A DNA stretch of 64,000 bases, from NCBI GenBank assembly GCA_973895155.1, contig OZ316893.1:27091252-27155251 (forward strand). Reading direction: 5' to 3'. This DNA is from Marsupella aquatica. Taxonomy: Eukaryota; Plantae; Marchantiophyta. Positions 53,651 to 64,000 of the stretch are shown here, piece by piece; positions within the stretch are counted from its first letter, which is position 1; each line of letters starts with the position of its first letter. The position numbers were made by a program, and so were the translations under genes. Below the pieces are notes generated by a model. That model saw only the letters and a list, made by a program, of their open reading frames with translations. It was not told where the DNA came from and did not search any database.

Positions 53651-55709
53651 CCACCTGAGCCTGAAAGCTTTTGGACCAAATCTACCCGAGTGGAGTACAC
53701 CAGCCCCTTTTTCTCATCAAAAATTTTGGTGAGGGGTGGGGTGGGGTGGGGGCAGGGAGCAGCAAGGCGGGCACAGTGCTTTACAGCTGGGTCCTTATTT
53801 ATGCAAGTTTGTTCAAGAACTTACAGTTCATATCTGGTTTGCTCCACTTTAAGGCTCCTTCATATTCATGCAAGTTTTAGTTCAAAGATTTAGTGTTCAT
53901 ACTTGTTTTGCCCTACATTATCGCTCCTCCCTACTCGTGCAAGGTTTAGTTTGAAGGAGATGAATTTGTCTGAAGGTTCAGCAGAATCATCCTTAGAATC
54001 ATTTTCATTTTGGAAATCAGGTTAGTACATGAAGTGTGAAATTGGATGCATCGCAGGTCAAACCTCTATTATACGCGCTTGATATAAAATTTACAACTTT
54101 TGTACTGGCAAAGTGACAAATTGTTGACAACCAAATTGTCCCCTGTTGGATTTAGACGGTGCGAGGCATAGTTCTCTCTATTGACGTTTTTTAGAGGTAT
54201 TAACGACCAGGGAATCAAGTCAAGAGACCAATGCGAGCATAACTCAGATGTGCAATTGAGTCCAAGTTTGTACCCTCTCCTCAGACTCAAAGCTTGGTCA
54301 GATGAAGACAGCAGGCAGATTAGAGTTACAAGACACCACCCTGTCCCCAATTGCTTTTCATTTTTGACAGCTTGCAGCAGCTCCCTTAAGCTAGTGCACC
54401 CCAACTTATGAGCTTCAATCTGTGATTTTTCTTGCTCTCCTTGTCGTCGAATAAAATGTTACCGATACAAGGAAGAAAGTATTCCTCTAGTAGTAGCGCA
54501 ATTACACAGGCAACAGGACCTCGTTTGGAATACTTCTCTCCATGAGCACATTGGAGGAAACAGTTGACTGCAGTAGGCTGTTAGTAGAAACAGGCTCAGC
54601 TACGCAATGTGAGTAGAAAGAATGCCATTTCCAGATTTCTTTGGCTCGTGGGTTTATATGTTGCGGACCGGGGATTGGATTACTAATCACTTTCAGGATG
54701 ATCCAGACGCCTTCAGATCTCTGTGACTCCATTTGCCTGAAAAAGCAAGTGAAGATATGATCTCATGCGCCAGGTTTAGCAGCAGTAGAAATCCCTTATA
54801 TGGTTGACAAACAGAGTCTTAATGCGACCAGTTTTGATGAAGTAACAATATTTCATTCTGCTGATTGATGAATATTGGCAAGAAAAGTACAACCTTATTA
54901 AGGGCTAATGCTTGTGAACCCGTGTCAAGGTGAGTCAATCACATTCTAAAATTGAATTAACAAATTAACTAAATCCTCGTAGACCTTGCCCACTAGCAAG
55001 CATTTGGTGCACGGCTACTCATGCCATTAATCACCGCTACTTGATTTAGAAAACCTAAATAGTGGACATAGGAATCAATACAGAATGTCCTACGTTACAT
55101 TGAACGATGCCGACAAATGATTTCTCCATGTGGAGCATAATTAATCATTCCAGTACTACGTCACATGGTAAGTTTCTACGACGGTCAAACTTACAGTGGT
55201 CATTCCCCTGTAGGCTCATACCCAATGATGGATATGCGTTGCTTGCAATACTTTCTCAACCAAAATAAGTGGGAAAATGCTGTCGTGAACCTTGATGGTA
55301 TTAACCTTAGAAAGTCACGATCCAGAGAAGATTCCATTTTCGAAGATGAACTCGGAATAAGGAGTCTTCTGGAAGAATCAAAGCTTGTCCCTCAGCCACT
55401 TGACAGCCCCGGTAGCAGCCGTTCTAACCAATTGCGGACAAAATCCAAAACATGCAAAAGAACACTTTCAGAACATTGTCAACTATCACAGGACCTGCTG
55501 TTCAGCCTTCCCGCAAAGAGGCATAGTTACAGTTCCCATGCTGCAATAAATGCAAAGAGCATAAAAACAGATTTCTCCGCAAAGGAATTCCCGCTTTAAG
55601 TAATTCTTCACAAATTATTCCCTATTACCATTTAGAGGCTCACGAGCTAACCTTGCGTTAGAGAGGAATGATCCCAGCAAGCGCCCTTCAGGGACATGGC
55701 AGAATATTA

Positions 55710-58700
55710 CTACTTGGAATAAAACCATGTCAATCGGACAGCTATCCATGACAAAAGTCTGGTAGCCAGGGGGTAAGCCTTGGAGGCAATGACTATCAAT
55801 GCAGCAAGACCTACGATAGACATGAAATTGGGAGAAATGTATTTCTGCAGGCCATCGACAGCAGAGGGGGACCCTTGAAGCACCGATGAGTGCAAACTGG
55901 TGCTACTGAACTTTCCACCGGATGTTCCTTTAAGCCTGTGAATGAGCCACATAATCCATCCCCCCAGCAGCCTGGATCAATGTGAGGACAGTTACCTTGG
56001 AGGTCAAAATGCGACGGGATAGAGCTTTTCTGGTAAAGACCGACATCACTAGCCTAAATATGCTTTGAGGGAAACAGGTACCAACTAACGTGCCAATACT
56101 TCAAGATGAATACATGCACCATCCAGACAGAAGTGAGGTCTAGTTCCTAGTTATGAGCTGTATGAACGATGCTCTGATGAATACCCAACCGTAAAGATTG
56201 AGTTCCAGTTCCACGATCCTTCGTAATAGAAAGAATCGACGAGGTCAGACATACAAAGAGAAAATCCAGCAAGACATTTTCAGGTGACTACTGAGACGTT
56301 TTGCTTGGCCTAACACATTTGGTTGGCTTACACTTCAGAGGCGCGTGAATAGATCAGTCCTGACAGAATTCCCTCAAGGAGTGTTTGTAAGAAGCTTCAG
56401 AGGTTGAAGTGGATCCCAAGTATCTCCCCGGAAGCAGGACCAGACTGCTCTCATATGCTAACATCTTATGAAGAAGAATTTCACGAGGGAAAACAAAATG
56501 CAAGATTTCAGAGCTTTTTTTATACAAATTCTTAAAACCTATCTGCCATAGATAGCTTTAAGCAGGAGTAATGGCACTTACCCAACGATATTTTTAAAGG
56601 TGCCCCAGATCCCTGCTTCTTCTGGTTTCTTCTTGACCGCTGTGTTATCTGACTGACTTTTCTCAGAAGCAAAAGATTTCCTTCCCTCTTGCGTCCCTGC
56701 CAGACAAAAAGTCATGTGAAATTGGATAGAATCACCATCCTCAACTCAACATCGACCGTTATGATCTCGAGGGGTGAAAATTCAGGGACAATCCCAAAGC
56801 AGTCTTCTTTGCTTGACCTCCGTGAGAACACTGAGGATACTGAGACATAATTCTCCAGCTTTTCCTGCAGGGAATTTACTTCAACTTGAACGGCCACAAC
56901 AATAGGACCAAAATGACCTACCAAGACCAGTCTGTGATACCGACGAGTGGAAAGTCTGGCAAAATTCCCATTGACTAAATCCAGCTTTAGAATGAAAAGG
57001 TCTATACGAAAATGATCTTCCTTAAGGGAATGATGCACAGCTGAGAGCAACGCTTTCTTCACAAAGGAATTACCAGAACCTGTTCATGACAATTCCACCT
57101 CCCTACTGAAGGCTGCAACTGCCCCACACAATAAAGCAAATAGCATCTTTATTGCAGTAAAAACAATTTTCAAAACTGCGGCAGTGGCCAGGGGTTTTTC
57201 TGACAGCGACAGCCATGATATTCCTCTACGGAGACTTGACGAAAAATTGGTTCATCCTCCGTTGCACACAGTTATCGAAAGCCTTTCTTTACAGCTGACT
57301 TTCCAGATTCTCCTTTAAGGGGGTTCTTGTTGCCTTTCGTTTCACTCTTCTTACGTTGAGGCTGAGGCCTGCTGGTTGTACGCGGCTTTGGCGTACTTCC
57401 TCGAGCGCCCGACTTTGTTTTCTGAAGACGGGCCAACTCCTCCACTAGCTCTCGCTCAGCATCACTGTTACGATGATCAAGAGAAACATGTGTATGGTTG
57501 ATATCAACAGCAAACAGGGCCCACAAAAGAACTCTCCATCCACTAGGACTTAAGATCATGTAAATCTCTAACTTCTCAAAGTAAGTTTCACGCAAGTGAC
57601 AATGCAAGCAGACACTTGGAATGTTCTCCTTCTCTTCGTCCGTATTGCATATGAGTCAACACGATAAACAGTAGAAGTTCTGACCTAAATTTGAAAATAC
57701 TACGGATGAAACATCTACGATTTTGTATCCTTGCTCGACAGAAACAAACCATCTCTGAACGAGATGAAGTTCAGATGGATAGACACATACAGACAGACGT
57801 TTCGGCGCTAAGAGGATTTTAGTCCATCAGTCATGTGTATTGCACCTGCTATACGAAAGGCCCAAGCGAACTCAGGATAAGGGAGTCAGTGCAAAAGGAG
57901 TATGAGCTGTCACTCTCACCTCAATCTTGTTGGAATGGTTACTTTCACTGTGAAATAGTGGTCTCCCCTATTAGATGGCTTGTTCAATTTCGGTACCCCC
58001 ATCTTGGACAGCACCAGCACATCACCAGGTTGTGTTCCTGATGGTATTTGTAATTCTGTGCCGCCATCAACAGTCTTAACCTGCAAGAATCGGATCACTT
58101 GTGACATAATCCTCGAATGGAAAACTCTTCACAGAATCGCTGGGTCAAATTCTGTCTGAATGAAATGTTAGAAGAAACTGCCTGTGGCATCCATGAAATG
58201 ATCTGATCCAACGGTTTCAGCTTTCATCGGTTCAGACATCGGCATCATGATAATAACACGCACAAGACAAACACCCTTGCAAACTGATCAATGAATGTCA
58301 AACAATATCGACACCCTCCCGACGTCTGTGAACTGCAAAATAAAAGCTATCATAAAGGGCTCCCCGACTCTTTGGTGCTACTTCCATGGCAAGCCTCACA
58401 TTAATCTTCTGCACATGAGGAAAAGACTAACCTGAGAATTCGTGCCCAGAATTGCATCGGTGAAACTGATGGAAACATTTGAGTACAAGTTGATCCCATC
58501 TCTTTGAATTCCGTTAATCTCCTTCACATTCAGGAAGACATAAAGATCCCCCGCAGGCCCTCTGTACTCGAAATTTCAAATAGCACAAATATGATTCAAC
58601 TTACATACCACAAGAAGACTAGGACCCAACCGGGAACGAGGAGAAAGAAGATTGACCAGTACGCAAACATTGATCATTTGCTTCAATAAGTCTAACAAAA

Positions 58701-61700
58701 CCATTTATCTTGGAAACAGAGTAGTAGGGGAACCGAAAAGCGAATGCACTCCATAAAACAGGATGAAAGCCCCAGTTCAAGTCATTTGGCACGACCCATT
58801 TTTAAGTTCGAATTTTCATTCTTTGAACGTTGAGGGACCCAGGTACTGAATTATCAATGGTGCGAAACAGCATGTCAATCGGTGCTGGCACTATAAGAAC
58901 CCTTGAACAAAAATATCACACCAAACCGTCGACTCTCTCATAAATAAAGCGTTTGCTAACTTCCAAAAATTGAGAAGGCAAAGTCATTTACCCTCTTGGA
59001 CCAGCATCCCCTTCTCCTCGAACACGAAGTGTACTCCCACTGTTAACACCTGCTGGAATCTTCACCTTCATACTCTTTTTCAGGCGAATCCGCCCTTCAC
59101 CCCCACACTTCCGACAGAAATCAGAGATGACTTCACCCTCACCCCCGCAAGTACTGCAAGTTGACACCTGATCACACCCAATGTGTCAGCTGATTGCTGG
59201 GTCCAATAAAAGGAACAGACTCGGACACAATACTTTCTGCTGTGACCATGATAACCATTCAATATCTCCACCACCACAAGTCATATGAGCGCTGAAGAGT
59301 GCTTTTGAGGTCACATATAATAAAATATCTGAGGTACGCATACCAAGCTGACGACATGGGTTAAGACATCACCTTGGTCAAACGCCATCTAAGTCAATCA
59401 GCGCTCATAATCTGACAATTTACCTTGTTGGAGATCGACATATACTTGAAGGCGTACCTGAGAAAAGGTACCAAAGGGAGTCTCTTGTGTCCGCATGACT
59501 TGGCCCATGCCGCCACATGTCGGACAGGACTTGCGCCGTGTGCCAGCCTTCGCTCCAGTACCATCACAAGACCCGCACGTTTCCAGATGTATGGCTTCAA
59601 ATTCTTTTTCGGTACCAAATATGGCGTCAGTGAACTCCAGAGTCATGTCATAACTGTTTGACACATTCCATTTGAGTCAGACAATTAGGGGTCGACTGTA
59701 CAACTCAGAAGTGAGACTTTCACGTAAATCACTTCGACTTAATTGTGGACAGAGGAAAGAGAGATGACATACCGGATGTCATCCCCTTGTACAGATGCAG
59801 ACCGACGTCTGGTTCCAAAGCCAGAGCCGCCCATACCACCCATTCCGCCCATCCCGCCCATTCCCCCCACGCCTCCCATTCCTCCCCCAAAGAATGACTC
59901 GAACAAATCAAAAGGATTTGTCTGTACGAAATTGCCAAAACAGATTGCAGATGTTAGACACGCTTCAGTTGGTCTAGATCCCCGGGTCAACTTAGAACAA
60001 GGAAAATGTGTCTACTTCACCAGTTGAATGCCTTACCAAAACCTATCTAGTGATATGGTGCAACCCATACGTCTTTCATTAATTGCAGGACTTCTCCTAG
60101 AGAGGGCGTCCCATATTGTAGCTAGTCTACAGCAAAACGTTGTCAGCTTTTCATTTTGAAAAAAAGTAAAAACCACGAGTAAATTGTAAAGATTACTTGT
60201 CGACCAGATAAGATGCAATGACCGTTCACTCCACAATACCACCTCAAAGACTATACTTGCTATAATGCATACTTGGAACATCAGGAAAATGACAGGATCC
60301 CACGTCATCAAAGCTAGACACCTCAGGCATTAATGCACTTACAGCATAGGCTCCAGCACCAGCACCTCCAGGTCCACCCTTCACACCAGCCTCTCCAAAT
60401 TGATCGTACAATGGCCTTTTCTCATCATCTGAAAGAATCTGCAACAGAGATCGTTACAGTGCGACCGAAACAAAAGAGTAAGGAGCTCTTCATAACCGAA
60501 GATAAGAGTTTCAGAGTTGAGTTCAGATGTCCTCCACACTGACCCCCTAACAGCTCATACGATAATGGCATTTTACCCCAAAAAAGGAAAGGAAACAGGA
60601 TCGAATTCCATAAAGGTGACTAGCAGGCAGCCACTATGACCTAGTGTGCACAATTTCTAGCCATCAGAACCTGGACGAGGATACCTAGAAACTCAGTCTG
60701 CTCATTATATGAAAAATCTTCAAATGGGAATGAAAATCATCGAGTCACCTGTCAGAAAGTGCATGCCACTGAAGAGGACTAGGCCTACTTTTGTGTGTTG
60801 TGACAAAGAGCAGAGGACTACAACTTTGGGGGATTACAGATCAACTGCAGACTGCTGAAATTTGCTAAACGGGTCATGGAGAACATTTTCACATTGATCG
60901 ACATGTCCGAATATCAACGTAAACTTGGGTTACTGAGCTATGTTTTATCATTTTTCTCACCTCATAAGCGTTGCTGATCTCCTTAAATTTGTCCTCTGCT
61001 CCAGGTTGCTTGTTTACGTCTGGGTGATACTGATACCGAAAACAAACAACACGTCAGGATATGCAAGATTTCACATGCATAGCCCTGTCGAATGGAAACA
61101 ACGCCCAAAACGCAGAAAGGACGCCTCAGAGCAATCACAAAACCAGCAGCGTATGCTATTGGTTATCATTGGAGTTTTACAATATGTCGAACACGTCCAT
61201 AAGAGTTTAGAACCATGGTCTAAGCATTTGCAGAATCCAGAAAAAGTTAGAGACCTCTGAAAATTAACTTCGAGGACAGTTTGGAAAACAAAATTGCCAA
61301 AACGGGGTTCTAGATCAAATTTTCCGAGGATTCAGTGGCTCAGGCTTAGGAATCGACTCGACTGGTACACTAAGTGACATGAAAGTTTGATTAAAGTTAG
61401 CTATCCACCGTCACAGTGCGGTAGCCAGGAAGTAGTCAACGCCAGACAGGAAAATAAGAACGAAGTCCAATCGAGTATGTTAGAATTGCTTTTGCTTGAC
61501 GGAAATTGTGTGACATGTTTTGCCAGACAAAGATCACCTGCGTTCAGCTGACATTTGTAGATAATGCCATGACTGTTGGGAAAACAGGGTTTGTACTAAA
61601 CCTCCATCAATAAGTGAGTTCAGTTCGGGGAAGTGAAGATTATAACGCTACCTCCTCAAGTATTCGACACTAAAAGTAGTGCCAGCGTGCTTGAGACTAA

Positions 61701-62815
61701 ATTTGTTGCCATACATTTTAATCCTTAAAATCCCGCACGAAGGGATATAAGATACCAGTTCTCGGGGATTCGAAGATCCCTGTGAAGGATACTAAGATAC
61801 TAATTGTCTCAATACCATAAAACACTAGCTTTCGCAATTCCTGGAACAAGGAACACCGAATACAGAAAGTGTTCAGGACACAGAATCCACATATGAAATT
61901 CCTCATTCATGCCGTCCCATCAGATTTGCCAAAAAAACCTACATATCATACTCAGTTTGTCAATTTTTAGCCTTCTTTATTTAGATTTAAACGTTTTCCT
62001 TGCATTCTTCAAGCTGCCCAAACTGACAAGTAAAATTGCAGGACAAGCGTCGAGAATTCAATACCCAGAGGGTACACACCGAGATGGTTGAAGATTCAGA
62101 AATATACCTGACGGGCGAGCTTGCGGTAAGCAGTCTTAATCTCCTGTTTCGTTGCAGACTTAGAAACCCCAAGAGTACTATAAAAATCGGCAGCCATTGC
62201 AACACTTAACTTCCCTCTCCTCGAGCTGCTCCTGCTGTAACTATTCAGACCTTGTGACTGTGACCTCCTTAGAGACCCCCAGGATGATCCAAAACCAGCG
62301 AAAAAGGAGCCTTCTGTCTCAGAACTCATCAGCTTCTTGCTAAAACATTCTTGAAAACCTCTGTCGTTGTGGCTCATTCCCACACAAAACAAAGAGGCGG
62401 ATGCAGAAACAACAGGCCTTTCAATTCCCCCAAAACCAAAATTACCCATTCCCGAAATACCATGTCTTCTGACGCTTCTCTCTGCAAAATGAACCGCCAG
62501 TGCCCCTCCTACGCCTTCTACCACCATCATCCTAGATTTTTCAAATTCACTGTTATTACTTCTACTATTCCGCCTTCCCCTACTTTGTAAGCAACACGAA
62601 GACTGAGTGCAAGCAATCGACACATTCCCTGCATTCCCCCAGACCGCCACGACAGATGGGCTGCTACCGCAGCAGCTCAAATGGACATTGCTGATGCCGT
62701 GCACAGAGGGTGATGCTCGCCCCGATGTAGAACAGCACGCAGCACCACCACCACCACTTACTCGGTTGCTATGAAGGGCGCACATAATGTGTGCGGCAGG
62801 GGCCCCCATTGCCAT
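55710..62815 (-). CDS. dnaJ: Chloroplast-type class A DnaJ/Hsp40 chaperone (DJA4-like, C-terminal hydrophobic tail), about 711 aa, 11 exons
   Basis: Exons 62815-62108, 61029-60961, 60438-60343, 59921-59773, 59653-59458, 59167-58992, 58561-58432, 58080-57920, 57464-57355, 56696-56582, 55935-55710 (2136 nt, phases consistent). J domain with HPD ([21 protein letters not shown]), G/F region, four CxxCxGxG motifs, C-terminal domains (IPAGV, GDLYV, TQPGDVL), then [10 protein letters not shown] and a hydrophobic tail. The last two exons and the start codon are less certain. Confidence 0.93.
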
Positions 62816-63291
62816 CGGGTATGGGATCCCCCCTTCCCCTTCCGCCTTCCCCCCAACCCCGAATCTGCTCTCGCAGACTCCTCGTCTCCTGCACCTACCT
62901 GTCTAACCTCCCATACGGTCTTGTGCCCACCTCGTCGAGCATTACGCGCTAGTCCTCCTTCAATTCAATCTCCGACTGCACGAAATCGTTTCGGAAATGT
63001 TGACAATAATTCTCATAATGCTCACGAGAAGATGCCGGTGAAAACCTTCCGTGAACCAAATCCCGTCCTCAATCCAGAATGAAAGAGCGAGTGAATACCA
63101 AGAGCCAGGCAGAGCGGCCAGCAGTTCGAGACTCTACTGCTTCCTTTGGGATAGCGTGGGAGGGAAAGCATGAGCTGGAGCTACAGATGAATACGTTCCT
63201 GAGAAGTCAGGAACGACCTCCGCCATAGCTGCCTGCTGGTGCTTCCCTGGCCTTCCTACTGAGCCATGCCCATGAGAGAATTGCCCTCCTC

Positions 63292-64000
63292 GTCAGGAAC
63301 GGGAGCTAAAACCCTACAGTAGAAACAATAAACTTGAAATTTAGAGGTGCTCTAAAGAAAACCATAGTAGTCGTCTCACCTAGTGATCCTCAATTAGTTT
63401 CAAGCTGCTGAGAAGAGAAGAGAAGTGAAGTGAAGAGCAGCCAGGTTTAACTAGAGTTGTCCATCACCACGTCCTTAGTTTTGGGCATAATTATGCTTTT
63501 CTTTCGGTGCACTCTCTCCACCCACTCCTCTCTCTATTTACTTTTTGTAGGAGCTCCTCATTGCCCTTGCACACCCAAGATTCTTTCCCCAAAACACATG
63601 TGGTACACCCCTTGCTTGCTTTTTATGTTACCTATACCAGTGTAACAGCCTCCTCGCCTTCCGCCCCCCCCCCCCCCCCCCCCTTGTCAGGAACGGGAGC
63701 TAAAACCCTATGGTGGAAACAATAAATTTGAAATTTAGAGGTACCTGAAGAAAAATATAGTAGTCATCTCAACTAGTGATCCTCAATTAGTTCAAGCTGC
63801 TGAGAAGAGAAGAGAAGAGAAGAGAAGAGAAGAGAAGAGAAGAGAAGCCAGGTTTAACTAAAGTTGTCCATCACCACTTCCTTACTTTTGGGCATAATTA
63901 TGTTTTTCTTTTGGCGCACTCTGTCCGCCCACTCCTATCCTTAATCTACTTTTTGTAGGAGCTCCTCATTGCCCTTGCATAGCACATCCAAGATTCTTTT
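63292..64000. repeat. ~394-bp tandem duplication upstream of DnaJ, with a poly-C run and (GAAGA)n
   Basis: gtcaggaacgggagctaaaacccta at 63292 and 63686, collinear to the window end. Confidence 0.9.

Noticed and set aside
55165-55599. 144-aa plus-strand ORF
   Set aside because: Antisense to the DnaJ 3' flank with no recognisable domain; unsupported, though not excluded.
63405-63540. miR156/529-like GA-rich sequence
   Set aside because: It is a GAAGA microsatellite with no mature-miRNA match or proper stem.

Overview
Eukaryotic, intron-containing land-plant nuclear DNA (a non-seed plant such as a bryophyte is my inference, not proven). Three spliced genes can be modelled exon by exon with phase-consistent GT-AG introns: an ACT-domain-repeat (ACR) gene (+, 22528-24742, 475 aa), a START-domain-only gene (-, 49492-50744, 221 aa) and a plastid-type class A DnaJ (-, 55710-62815, about 711 aa). 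The rest is decayed L1/LINE fragments, small non-autonomous DNA elements and many tandem arrays. The most notable feature is an intact, intronless 199-aa ORF (-, 38570-39169) that resembles a fungal Mug135/DUF1773-like coiled-coil family. It sits in the unique spacer between two copies of a ~4-kb tandem duplication and is joined to a duplicated copy of the START gene's 3' flank, so it is a candidate horizontally acquired chimeric gene. No rRNA, tRNA or CRISPR array was recognised. Family assignments are from remembered motifs; no searches were run.
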